64,000 nt of DNA, from contig VRVR01000010.1 in the NCBI GenBank assembly GCA_009859145.1, forward strand, positions 1 to 64,000. The letters run 5' to 3'. This stretch comes from Andalucia godoyi And28. Lineage: Eukaryota; Protista; Jakobida. The position numbers and the translations under genes were made by a program. This document shows, in pieces, positions 50,436-61,700 of the stretch. The notes under the pieces are model-generated. The model saw only the letters and a list, made by a program, of their open reading frames with translations. It made no database searches and was not told the DNA's origin. The first letter of the stretch is position 1, and each line of letters opens with the position of its first letter.

Positions 50436-51794
50436 ATGTATTCGTTATTTTCGAGACGATTCATTCGCTCTTGCATTTCACATCGCTCCTTCGCTTCTGC
50501 CGTTGCTGCATCGGTCAGGTCTCCGTTATTCCCGGATGTTGCACAAGGATCTCTTCCATGCTCTTCGAACCAAACACGGCGTCCCTTTCCTGCGGAAATC
50601 AACCGCAAATCGAGCAGTCGTCCGGGGCTGATCAGTGTTCCCGAGTCGTGTACTCCGCAGTCTCAGCTGAAGGTCCGTGGTTTGTCCTCACGAAAAGTGC
50701 TTTTCCATGCGTCGGAAATTGGCAGGCTGGTGGGCCACCACAGAAAACGTGCTCCTGAAGAAGCTTTGGATGCTGTGATCATGAGACAGCTGGGACAGCG
50801 GCTTTCTGTGAGGCGGGAAGAAGCAAGATTGCTTGCTGATGCGGCGGTGGCGCTGAACTCTTCTCTGCGGAAAAAGGGAATTTCGATGCCGATGCCAGTG
50901 TACTTACCGGAAGACGCTGCGAACGAGTTCAGGAACGCGATGGATGGACCGTCGATGTGTTCGTCTTCGTTGCGGAATACTGCATCCCCCCCGTTAACTG
51001 CCTGCACGGAAGCTGATGCAAGCAGTCAGCTTCATGTTTCCCCTATTCCCGTTCCCAAGTCGTCAAGGGACATCGTGGAGTGGACGGCCCTTATGGACGA
51101 GGCTCTGTTGACCGCGGGGGAGACAATCCCTGCCGACTATGCAAAGTTCCTGAGATCATCTTCTGTAGAATCGGCCTGCAAACTGTACGGAACGGAGAAC
51201 GAAAAGGAGGCACTGTGCGTGATTGAGAAGGATCTGCAAATGGTGCTGGAAAAGGACCGCAGGGAGTTGGCTGGTGCACTGTGGCTTGGTGAGACCTGGG
51301 GCGTGTGTGGAAGGCTGGATGCTGTTACTCTGGACAGACACACCATTGTGGAGGTCAAATGCCGCATTTCCCGCATTTTCGAAAACCTTCCTCTCTACGA
51401 ATACATCCAGGTCCAGTCTTATCTGCACATGTTTCCAGATTCCATGAATGCTCTTGTTGTGCAGTACATCCCGGATACTCGGGAGCAGTCCATTTTTTCA
51501 GTTCCCCGCGATACATCCTTTTGGAATACCTGCGTAGATCGGTTGCAAGGTGTGGCGCAGGTTGTACAGCGCATTCTTGCGATGGAGGAAAAGGAACCGA
51601 AGTGCTTTTCATCCAAGCCCATCCACCGTCGAATGGAGATGATCACCTGTGAATTTGCGTATCTGGATCTTGACTGGTTTTTCGAACAACGCTTTGGACT
51701 TTCAAAGCGTCCGCAGTCGCTGCCTTTACCGTTCTCCTTGTCCTCACTTGTGAAGAACGCCTCTTCGAGATCGCATCAGAATGCCAGAGCATGA
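50436..51794 (+). CDS. YqaJ/lambda-exonuclease-like PD-(D/E)XK nuclease with a predicted mitochondrial presequence
   Basis: YGTENE, GRLD, IVEVKCR, YEYIQVQSYL; the N-terminus MYSLFSRRFIRSCISHRSFAS is Arg/Ser-rich, acid-free and has an R-3-type site. Confidence 0.75.
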   Translation: MYSLFSRRFIRSCISHRSFASAVAASVRSPLFPDVAQGSLPCSSNQTRRPFPAEINRKSSSRPGLISVPESCTPQSQLKVRGLSSRKVLFHASEIGRLVGHHRKRAPEEALDAVIMRQLGQRLSVRREEARLLADAAVALNSSLRKKGISMPMPVYLPEDAANEFRNAMDGPSMCSSSLRNTASPPLTACTEADASSQLHVSPIPVPKSSRDIVEWTALMDEALLTAGETIPADYAKFLRSSSVESACKLYGTENEKEALCVIEKDLQMVLEKDRRELAGALWLGETWGVCGRLDAVTLDRHTIVEVKCRISRIFENLPLYEYIQVQSYLHMFPDSMNALVVQYIPDTREQSIFSVPRDTSFWNTCVDRLQGVAQVVQRILAMEEKEPKCFSSKPIHRRMEMITCEFAYLDLDWFFEQRFGLSKRPQSLPLPFSLSSLVKNASSRSHQNARA

Positions 51795-52124
51795 TTGGTG
51801 TGGATACGCGCTTCTCGGGAGCGTCATATGTGAGGATGACCCTGAGTTTTCCATGTGTTGTGGAGAATGTTTTAATTTTGACGGAAGTGAGATTGTGTTG
51901 CGAGGTTGGAGATGAGCGGCAGCCCCCCCCCCCCCCCCCAGAGCACGGGGCAATGGCGTTCTCTTCTTGTCATCAATGTCCAATTGCGCAGGTATGTACA
52001 GAGCCGAAATCGGCAAAAGCTGACGACTGGAGCCAGGTTGCCAGATGAATGTAAATACAATTAGAAAGTAGTATTAAATAGAGGGATCTTGTGCGTGCGC
52101 GCGCAAGCGTGGATGTGAGAGCGA

Positions 52125-53639
52125 TCACTTGTGCAAAAGTGGTGGCCAGGAGGCGTACTTGTTTCCGTGCGAAGGTGTCGACCGTCCGGAGTCTTCTCGG
52201 GAAACAGTCTTGGAAGATGTCTGGTCCTCAGGCACCGTTGCTTCTCCGGGAATGGTCCCCATGCTGGAAGGCGAGCCCTTCAGAAGATCTTTGACACTCG
52301 CGCTGCTGCTCGTTCGATCTCGGAATTTGCGCGACTGCAGCATTGCGGGTGTTGCATCTTTTGAGCGGGAGCCTGCCGATGCGTGGGGAAGGACGATAAC
52401 AGCAGGAGCTGGAGGAGTGATGGTCCCGAGACGTCCACCGAGACTCAGGACATCCGCGGAGGATTTCGAGTGTTTGTCCTTTGCGAGCGTCGGAGACTCC
52501 ATCGCGGATAGCTCGTGCCGAGCAGACACCAGCGCTGCACGGGATCGCAAAGCAGCCATTCGTTCAGAAAATGCATCGCCTCGCGAAGACTGTGACGCCG
52601 ACTGTGTCTGAGAAGGTGCGTGCGACTGCATCGAATCCGCGCGGGGAGACGTTGCAGAGGACCGCATGTTGTACGATTGATATGTCTCCTGAGTGCCTCC
52701 AATCTCATCGGACGGATGGAGCCGAGAGACTAGAGCTTGCAATTGGGCGTCAATCTTGCCAAGATCAAAAGCAGTCTTGTCAAGCAGCAGATCCGCCGCT
52801 GACGAATCATTCTTTTGGTCTGCAGCAAACGACACTTGCGTACTGATGAATTTCGAATCTGGATTCGGATCTGAAGCGTGGTCCTCAGGACGCTCTGCAT
52901 TGCTCGGCGCACCAGCACCATCCGTACTCCTTCTTTGCTGAAGCGGAAGCAGGTCTGGCGCATCGGACGTCGCGTGTGCCTGTTTCATCAGCTTTGCCGA
53001 CGAGGCAAGTTCCCCCGCAAGCACGCTTTCCATCGATATGCGCAGTGCTTTAAGTTTGGAAATTGTTTCTTTTCGCGGCCGAACACTTGCACACCGCTTT
53101 TCCACAGCAGCAATGTGTGCCAAATCATCGACGACCACTCGCAACTGCGCACACAACACGGGATCCCATTGTTGGCTCATGAGCTGCGTTTGCAAGTCCG
53201 TCCTTCTCGAAAACCCGTCAATTTCCAATCGCGGGATTGCGACTTCAGGCTTCGAAGTCTTTGTGAACTTCTGCGAATGCGACATGAGTGCATCTCGTGT
53301 AAGTTTTGGCTTTGTGCAGAAGACCACCTCTTCTACACTCTCCCGATCAAGCACTGATGCAGATGCCGCCGCCGCCGTCGTTGCTGCTGTCGTTTGTCGC
53401 CTTTGCTGTTGTGGTGTTTCGTTCAGCACAATCGAGTCCAAACTGTCATCCAATTCTGCAAGCTGGATCAAGCCTAGGCCCTGGGGCTGCTCGCCATCCA
53501 GCGCATTGGGCATCTGTGCCTCCTGTAATTGAGAAACCGGCAACGGCTGGTCCTCGGGAAGCTGGGCTTCCGCCCGGGACACAACTCGAGTCCACTCTTC
53601 ATGCGTGACATGCCGCTCCAGACGACCTCGCCTTTGCAT
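52125..53639 (-). CDS. Hypothetical, largely disordered/coiled-coil protein (504 aa)
   Basis: Long ATG ORF; no family recognised. Confidence 0.7.
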   Translation of the reverse strand: MQRRGRLERHVTHEEWTRVVSRAEAQLPEDQPLPVSQLQEAQMPNALDGEQPQGLGLIQLAELDDSLDSIVLNETPQQQRRQTTAATTAAAASASVLDRESVEEVVFCTKPKLTRDALMSHSQKFTKTSKPEVAIPRLEIDGFSRRTDLQTQLMSQQWDPVLCAQLRVVVDDLAHIAAVEKRCASVRPRKETISKLKALRISMESVLAGELASSAKLMKQAHATSDAPDLLPLQQRRSTDGAGAPSNAERPEDHASDPNPDSKFISTQVSFAADQKNDSSAADLLLDKTAFDLGKIDAQLQALVSRLHPSDEIGGTQETYQSYNMRSSATSPRADSMQSHAPSQTQSASQSSRGDAFSERMAALRSRAALVSARHELSAMESPTLAKDKHSKSSADVLSLGGRLGTITPPAPAVIVLPHASAGSRSKDATPAMLQSRKFRDRTSSSASVKDLLKGSPSSMGTIPGEATVPEDQTSSKTVSREDSGRSTPSHGNKYASWPPLLHK

Positions 53640-53720
53640 GCGTCCGCCGAAAACCCCAATTCAGATTCCAATTCAATATATATATATATATATAATAACA
53701 ACACTATTAGACGATGAAAT

Positions 53721-53838
<118 letters not shown>

Positions 53839-54729
53839 ATGAAATACCCAAACAAGAAATCAACAAATCGCAATGACAGAAAGAAGAGAGAAAGAATTAC
53901 AACAATAACAATAATAATAAAACCGAGATTATTGAATGAATTCCCCCAATAGCTGGATATGAAAGGTTGATTTTTGATTGAGTCCGCGCTGTTTTGATAG
54001 CACGTTTTGTGCCTCTTCTCAGGGCGGACGCACTTACATAAAGAACAAAAAGAATCCGGGAAAACGTTTCATGAAATGTCCGGCAAGAAGGCGTTCTTCA
54101 TGCACTTTATCCGCATTCATCGTAATAAAAGTATTTTCATGAGTGCTCTCTACGCGAGATTTCCAACTCGCTTGGACTAGGAATGCCCTGATGGATTCCG
54201 ATACAGGGAGACGGCGGCCGGACCGACAAACGGTCATCGCGGCCCACGCAGCGGCGGTCAGATGGACATCTCACTGTGGTAAAATGTCTCAAACTCCCCC
54301 CTGGGGCACGAAAACGCGCACGACGCAGCGCCGGACTCTCGAGCATCCGCATGCGCAGCACTTCTTGGTCGCGCAGTACTCGTCGGATGGAGGGACACAG
54401 GCACCGCACGCTCACCTCTCACACCAGCGGGGGCAAACGACCCGTCGACGAATGGCGGTTTTTCACCACATGCACCATCAGGTCACGATAGCATTAAAAG
54501 AGACGAAGAAAGCACGCAAGCAACAGCAACTAAATTAAAATTTCAACCCGAACGAAGACGAAAAAGAAGACAACAGATGACGAAAACAAAAACAAAAACA
54601 AAAACAAAAAACAACAGACAATTGGAAAAGGAAAGCGGTCCTAAGAATGGAAATGTCGAAATTTCTCAATTGAATTTTATGAAAAGCGCTCTTATTGGTT
54701 CGTTCTTTTGGTTTTTGTGTGTCTTGTGT

Positions 54730-54772
<43 letters not shown>

Positions 54773-54862
54773 TTTTTGTTTGAAGGAACTGCTAATTCAT
54801 ACGCTTCATTTCATTATCTAGTTGAATTGGTTATATATATTATTACTATTGTTTTGGGGGGA

Positions 54863-56491
54863 ATGAGTAAAGAGGACCGGGTGTTGTCGACGAATACAAT
54901 GGCGGCGGTGTCTTTAAAGAAGAGCCAAGTGCTGTCGCTTCGAGATGCGTCGTTGTCGCTGGTTCCGACGGTCCAAAGAGACACGGGTCAGTATGTTCGT
55001 CCTTCGGGGTCTGCAACGGAGACCATGCTTGCGCAGACGATGGAGCAGGTGAATTCGATTGTCGATGACCAGCGTCACAAGCATGGGTTTTCGATTGTTC
55101 CGCAGAGCATTCCATCTGGAAGCCAGGCCGTGCAGTATGTGCAAGTGAAGGCGGCAGAAGGTTCGTACCGACCAGAAGGAACACCGGATACGAGGCTTGT
55201 GAAGGTAGTGCAGACACAGATGGATCCCTTGAATCCGCCTTCGTTTCGCAACAAGAAAAAACTTGTTCGGCCCGCTTCTCCGCCTGCAGTTGTGCTATCA
55301 GGATCCTCTTCCTATGCCAATGCGCTGGTGGATGGAGGTGGGTCGATGACGGTGGAACAGAGGCATGCTGCAAAGCAAAAAGAGCGGGAGGAAAAGGAAA
55401 TGTGGAAAGTCCCGCCTGCAGTTTCCAACTGGAAGAATAGAAAGGGCCATATTGTTCCTCTGCACCACCGACTGGCTCTGGATGGCCGCAGATTGGACGA
55501 CATGGGTGCATTACTGATTGAGGGCACCCAGGATGGACAGCACGAAACTCCCATTGAGCGATTCGCCAATCTCAGCGAAGCATTGAGCATTGCATCTGCA
55601 AAGGCGCGTGAGGAACTGCAGGAACGCGAAAAAATAGAAGTGCAAATTGCGGTCAAGGAAAAACAGCGAGAAGAAGAAGACCTTCGGAAGTTACGTCTTG
55701 CTGCTGCTGCTGCTGCTCAGCAACATCAGCAACGTCATCAGCATCAGCAACATCAAGATCGTTACCACGGTCACCATGCGGATGAAGGTCAAAGGAGGGG
55801 TGAGGGGAGCGGCGTTCGACTGCGGATTGCAGACCTGGATGATGAGAGAGACCGGACGGATCACGAACAGCATCAGCGAGCGGGAAGAGGAGGTCGTCGG
55901 GAAGAACGTTATTATGGTCGTTCCCGTGGCGACGGTGGTGATGAGGATTACAACGAGCGTGGCGGTGCTGGTGCTGACGAAGAGCAGGAGAGGAGGCATC
56001 GAGACAGGATCCGAGAGGATCGACGGAGGGATCGAGAGAATCTTCGGCGCCATAAGATTAACGAAAGAGAGCGAGATTACACAGAAGAAGTGGCTCTGGC
56101 AAGTGGCCGTGGATCCTCGGTGTCCAGCATTCGCAATGCAAGCATTGGCGACTTATCTGTTGTAGGAGACAGCGTACGAGTCGATGCGAATGGGAATGGG
56201 GATGGGGACCACGAACGGGCGTACGCTGGGAATCTTGCTTCTTCTTCCGCAGCCGGGTCCTCGGCTTCATCCCGTGCTGGAGATCGCGTCACAGGGCTGT
56301 ATGCTGGGTTGTCTCGTGGTCGGCCTGTGGAGTTTGTTGATGCAGAGCAGGCTGCCCGAACCGAGGTCCGTGATACCGATGCAGATGAACTGGGCATGAA
56401 GGACAGGAAGAGAAGTCGAGGATTTTCGAGTGTCGATGCAGATGATTCGGAGAACTTTTCAAAGCGCCGTAGACCGGTGGAAAGCAAGTAA
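54863..56491 (+). CDS. SNW1: SNW domain splicing factor SKIP/Prp45
   Basis: QMDPLNPPSFR, PASPP, WKVPPAVSNWKNRKG..VPL..RLALDGR, FANLSEAL..A...ARE; divergent C-terminal half. Confidence 0.9.
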   Translation: MSKEDRVLSTNTMAAVSLKKSQVLSLRDASLSLVPTVQRDTGQYVRPSGSATETMLAQTMEQVNSIVDDQRHKHGFSIVPQSIPSGSQAVQYVQVKAAEGSYRPEGTPDTRLVKVVQTQMDPLNPPSFRNKKKLVRPASPPAVVLSGSSSYANALVDGGGSMTVEQRHAAKQKEREEKEMWKVPPAVSNWKNRKGHIVPLHHRLALDGRRLDDMGALLIEGTQDGQHETPIERFANLSEALSIASAKAREELQEREKIEVQIAVKEKQREEEDLRKLRLAAAAAAQQHQQRHQHQQHQDRYHGHHADEGQRRGEGSGVRLRIADLDDERDRTDHEQHQRAGRGGRREERYYGRSRGDGGDEDYNERGGAGADEEQERRHRDRIREDRRRDRENLRRHKINERERDYTEEVALASGRGSSVSSIRNASIGDLSVVGDSVRVDANGNGDGDHERAYAGNLASSSAAGSSASSRAGDRVTGLYAGLSRGRPVEFVDAEQAARTEVRDTDADELGMKDRKRSRGFSSVDADDSENFSKRRRPVESK

Positions 56492-56681
56492 GCCTTGACG
56501 TCCCTCATGTTGCACGCATAAGCAAACCATTTCTCGGTCTTCTCGATGTCCCGACTTGCTGTCCACCCTTTCCTCTACTTTTTACTGCACTCACCCGGAA
56601 ATATCAGGCAAATGTTCTTCCAGTCCATTCACAGCAGTCCATGGTTACTCCGATGCCCATCCTGTCCGGCGGCCAGCATGT

Positions 56682-56860
56682 CTGGATGGAGAAATTGGAA
56701 AATGGTGCGCGCGCCCTGTCTATTGGAAGAACGCTTTTGCGTACCGAGGCCCTGCCCCACTTCTGAATTGAATTCTCATCCAGTTTCTCGTGCAAGACTG
56801 CATGCATGAATTAGTCAGCAGTGATTCGCCATGATTCAAGCACAGTATAGGCGTAAATAC
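56682..56860 (+). repeat. Dispersed non-coding element, copy C
   Basis: Collinear with copy A over about 150 nt (TCTATTGGAAGAACGCTT, CTGAATTGAATTC, TGCAAGACTG, TCAGCAGTGATTCG); roughly 70% identity by eye. Confidence 0.8.
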
Positions 56861-57015
56861 GGAAACCGTGTATAGACTTCCGAGTCAGTCAGTCCGTTTC
56901 AAACGATGCACCTGCGTAGGCGAAGACACGATTTTATGTGTTTTCAGTATTTTTGGGCTTCTTCCAATCTACAGGGCTTGGGAAAAGTACCAGCAAAAAA
57001 AAAAAAAAAAGTAAA

Positions 57016-57086
57016 TACGCTCGCGGGGACTCGAACCCCGGTCGTGATCGTGGCAGGATCACATCATACCCCTAGACCACGAGCGT
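57016..57086 (-). tRNA. tRNA-Gly(GCC), A1-U72
   Basis: Full cloverleaf: ACGCTCG/CGAGCGT acceptor, GGTCTAGGGGTATGAT D-arm, CT-GCC-AC loop, 4-nt variable loop, CGGGG-TTCGAGT-CCCCG; downstream oligo-T terminator. Confidence 0.95.
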
Positions 57087-57302
57087 AGTGGACCAAAGCA
57101 CATTCACATGCTCATATCCTGATCCCTTCTATTACACGACACGGACGTTGACATTCACCGACCTTCAAGCAACCCCGATGAAAAAGCCCGGCTTTTTTTT
57201 TCAAACTGTTTTACGGAGGGGAGGAGGGGGCGGGGAGGGAATGACGACGGAGACTACGGCAGCTCAACAGCGACGAATCTCCAAATCGCACGGGCGAATG
57301 CA

Positions 57303-58043
57303 TCATCGAACGAGCTCGCGGATGATTTCAAGAAGTGGTTCTTCCTTGGCGCTCTTCTTTACCCTCATTCTCCCCTTTGAATCAACCGCCCAAGTTGCAG
57401 TGTCAATCGCAGTGAGACGCAGCCGATCGATCCGAAGACCACCGATACCGACGGAGCCGTCCATCACGCCCCTCACGTTTCCTCTGATTCTGATCCTCGA
57501 GATGTGATCCGACGACTCACATTTCGGAATCACAAACGTCAGACATTCAACGGTTTCCTCGTTCACCATCGCCGCTGTATCATCCTTGTCCTCATCCTCG
57601 CTCTCACTTCCGCCAGTGCCAGTCCCGCCACCATGACCACCACTACGACGATGGTGACGGTGATCGAGATGGGAGAGACTGACGAACTTTCGAAGAATTG
57701 TGTTGAGCTTCAGAGCATCAAATAGCGGATATCGAGTTGCGATTCCAAGGCACTTTTCAAGAGTCTCCAATGCGCGCTTAGCTACAGAATGCGAGCCGCG
57801 AACAATGAGTATTCCCCGGGTGCTGGTGTTCTTGAGAATCGAGATCTCAGCTTGCAGATTCGGCAGATCGGAGTTCAGAGATGGATGTGGAAACGAAAAG
57901 GAAAAATGCAAAACCTGAGGATAAATCTCGAGCTTTGTGTTTGGAATCGACTGGAAAAGAGTCTTTAGAAATGTATCGGAATGTGTAATTGGAGAAGATA
58001 TCAGAACTCGAAAAGAACCAGGCTTTGCAAATACCACAGACAT
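57303..58043 (-). CDS. Hypothetical 246-aa protein, weak CENP-L/N-like pattern
   Basis: ATG ORF. C-terminal LRIDRLRLTAIDTATWAVDSKGRMRV resembles the CENP-L end (IHLSATRLVRVSTSVASAHTDGKIKI, from memory). The CDS is likely real; the family call is weak. Confidence 0.55.
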   Translation of the reverse strand: MSVVFAKPGSFRVLISSPITHSDTFLKTLFQSIPNTKLEIYPQVLHFSFSFPHPSLNSDLPNLQAEISILKNTSTRGILIVRGSHSVAKRALETLEKCLGIATRYPLFDALKLNTILRKFVSLSHLDHRHHRRSGGHGGGTGTGGSESEDEDKDDTAAMVNEETVECLTFVIPKCESSDHISRIRIRGNVRGVMDGSVGIGGLRIDRLRLTAIDTATWAVDSKGRMRVKKSAKEEPLLEIIRELVR

Positions 58044-58317
58044 TTCTTCTTCGTTTTCTTTTTCGGTTTTCTTTGGTTTTGGTTTTGGTTTTTGTTACTG
58101 CTGTTCTTTTGATGTTAAGATGCTTTCATAATGTTGGTGGGAATTAGAATGCTGACGTTTTGAAAGCTTGTTCGAGGAAAAAGGCAGGTTTGTTGCGACT
58201 TTCGAGCAATGGGGAAACAAGTGTTTTGCCTTTGGGCGGGAAAAACACGGGAAAAGTTTCCGAGGCAGTAAATTATGAATGAAAAGAAAAATACAAGTGG
58301 CTCTCATCACCTGTTCT

Positions 58318-58388
58318 ACGCTCGTGGTCTAGGGGTATGATGTGATCCTGCCACGATCACGACCGGGGTTCGAGTCCCCGCGAGCGTA
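58318..58388 (+). tRNA. tRNA-Gly(GCC), identical to the 57016..57086 copy
   Basis: Same 71 nt; T-run terminator starting near 58395. Confidence 0.95.
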
Positions 58389-58525
58389 CTTGCTTTTTTT
58401 TCCCCGCCACCACTGCCACTTGCTGCGATATGATGACGCAATCCGAAGCGCACGTAAACAGAACTACCACGCGCGGTGCGTTGGTATAAACACGCCGCCG
58501 CGTTGCATTATGCATGTTGTTGGGT

Positions 58526-58588
58526 TGCAACATTGATTATGGGTGATCAGCGATGATTACCCGTGGATTAGTGCACAATGTAGGGGCT
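58526..58588 (+). repeat. Dispersed non-coding element, copy D (3' part)
   Basis: TGCAACATTGATTATGGGTGATCAGCGATGATT aligns with copy A TGCAAGACTGAAATGTGGATGATCAGCAATGATT; GCACAATGTAGG aligns with copies B and C. Confidence 0.6.
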
Positions 58589-58594
58589 TCTCCG

Positions 58595-58634
<40 letters not shown>

Positions 58635-58761
58635 CCGTACGAGCGTTCGGCTCCGATGGAAAAGAAAAGGCGTCCCTTGTGCTGTTTGTATGTATCGTGT
58701 TCCACACTCTTGCATCAAAGAAAATGTTGCATTTATAAATAAAAAGACAACGAGAACAGCG

Positions 58762-61700
58762 CTAAACGGCACCGATCCCTTCGACGGCGAGAACCTGCTT
58801 GAGACGAGCGGCAGCATGCTCAAACTCGCTCTCGACAAGTACGCGACTGACTTCAGCCCACCGCTGACGGCCTTCTGAAAACACCGCAGAACACGAAAGG
58901 GCCACAGACGCTCCCAGAAACGGATCCCTGGTACAGAATCGCGAGAGTGTTTTTGAAACCCGTTGTTGCAACAAGGCAATGCTCTGCGCCAATCCTGGGA
59001 CATCGGCACTGGACTGCAATTGAAGACCGGCGGCATGGAGGACAGCCCACGCATCCATAACCATATCCGCACCCACAAACGCTTGGGCGGCATTCGACCA
59101 TTCGCCAGAGAACAGGAACATGTCGACTGCTTCATACACCACGGTTCTGGCAGTGTGCCGATCGCGGCCGTCGGTCGACTGAGCGAGGTTCATGGCGTAA
59201 CTCACAAGGTTGGTGGTTGCCACCCGAAGAACATCATTTGCCGACAGCGTCGAAGAATCGTCGGGGGCAACCGGGCTTGAGAGAGCAAGTGTGAATGCCT
59301 TCCATTGATTGTTCACGTACAACGGATGAGTGACGGGCGTGTCGAGGTACACTTGCACGGCGCGATTCGTTTCTCCGCGAAGCAACCACTCCCGAGCAAC
59401 TTCCGATACCCAGCGCTCTGCATCCGACAATCCAATTAACCCCATGCTCGCCCGTGCAGTCGGCTGACGAGACTGCGCCGTTTCTTTGGGAAACACTGAT
59501 TTGCCGTCCCATTCGATTGGCAAAGAAACTGGACGAGCTTTTCCAGGTGGTACAACCAGATTGTCACGGTTCTGCGAATACTCGCGATCCCACGATGTGG
59601 CTGTCCACTGGTGCATCATCTTGGCGTCCTCGCCCGTCAGTGCAGATCCAAGTGCAAACAGTTCGGAAGTAAGGCCACGAACACGATAAGCATCGCTGAC
59701 AACGACGTTCTTGTCCTGCGAAAGATGGTAATCCACAGCACGCCAAAAATGCTCCTCGGACACATCCCGAGAGATGACAGCCGAAGCAATCGCTTCTCGG
59801 AGAACTTCATTGTTTGCGCACCGTGTCCGAATGCAGTTCCAAAAGTCGGGCCATTTTGACGGACCAACGGAATCCAAAAGCGCACCAGCTCCCAGACTGG
59901 AGTTGCTGGAAAATCGTCGCGAAAACGCAGCAAAGGGGCTGTTGCCAATCGAGAGATTCGGATCAGAAACCACAATGGTGCCTCCTTCTGTTGCCCATAT
60001 CACGGAAATACCTGTATAACCGGATTGGTTGGGGTGTTGCACAGTACGTGACGCAACCACAACATCCACGGGGCGGAATGGAAGGGACGTATTCTTACCT
60101 ACAAGAGACGCACACCGGAAGCCGTTTCCAGACGTGTCCGTGATTAACATTGTTCTGTCCGTGTGCAAGGTAACAACAACCACCGACATTGCCAGCGTCG
60201 GAGATTGGGGCGAAACGGCTGCTCCCACTGCAGTGGAAAATGATGATTGAACTCCGGCTTCAGCTGATGAAGCACCATCTGCAGACGCACCATCTGCACT
60301 TTCAGAACCAGTCGCGGACTGCGGAGAAGGAACAATTTGGAATTGCTCCGCGGAGATGGTTGAGTCAGCGCTGGAAACATCGGAAACAGGAACCGAAAGC
60401 GCCTGCGCAGCTGCTGCAAGTGAAGGAAATGCCAAAATCTTGAAAATGCCGGTACGATGGCCTGTAGAGACGACCTTGGACCGCGATGAGCGACGGTCCA
60501 TAACAAGGACATTTCCCTGTGTGTCACCTCCGAGAATCCTCGAATCCGTCACCCATTCCAGTGTAGTCAAGGGGGCGCTCAAATTGGCCAGCGAAATGGA
60601 ATTCTCTCTGGAGGTCCCGTCAATTGAAGAGACTCGAATGATCCCGGACTCTCCAGAAAGTGCGTAGCAAAAGCAATCGGGTTTTGCGGGAGACACTGTT
60701 GCTGCAGCACATGGAACAGTGCCAAGCACGCGAACCAAGATCGGAGTAAATAACTTCTTCTGAGAACCAAGAGGCTTGGCAATCTCATCCGAAACACTCA
60801 GATCAGACATCGGTATCGATAAGTTCGAGGAACTCGTAGAAAGGACTGCAGAAGAAATGTCATCAATCTTCCAGCACTCTGCAGGGTGTTTCTCAAACAA
60901 AATGAGCGCAACATTGGATCCATGACCGCAACGCACTTGTCGCACCTGCTTTTTGGTTTGAGCTGGAGTATGAGGATTGATCAATGGCGTGGTCCGCCCG
61001 GAACGCATGTCCACCAACACCACCTGCGACAGAGAGGAACAAAGGACGAATCGCGATCCACAGACAGAGACTGACGACACTGTCTGTCCAGGCAACACTT
61101 CAAGCAGTCTGAGCAATCGCATCGAGATTGCATCATAGAACGCAAGTGTTCCCGTAGAAGAGCCTGCAATCAAAGTACTTGGGTGCCCAAAAGTCAGACA
61201 GGTTGCCCATGAAGACGCCCAGTCCAGAAGAGAAGTGCACATGATGGATGCGTCCAATCTTCCGTGCGCGCGCACTTCGTTCCGCACAGCTATCGGAGGG
61301 AATCCTGGGGGAAGAAGATCGTTCTTCCCGTCCACTTCTTCTGTCTCGCACAATTCCTCGGCAGAATCGGAAGGAGTGAGATCCAACGAGGTTGGCAGCG
61401 AGGGAGATACAAAGTCCGGTACAGTCCCGGAAGAGCCACTCGCACTTGGCGGCACATACGAATATGTCCACGCTCGGCCGTCCGATGATGCAGCATGAAT
61501 CGACGTCACACCTCCCATGAACGACACGCGACATACAGACAGCAGCGGCAACGGTCTTCTAGGCCTCCGCAGTGCATGCACAAGATCCGCAACCGCCACT
61601 GGAACAAAACCTTGGAGGACATCAAGGAGGTTTTGCTCTTCTGGCCTGCGGTGTTTGTTCTTCTCGGAAGCCGGTGCATTCAACTTCTGCAAATTGGGAA

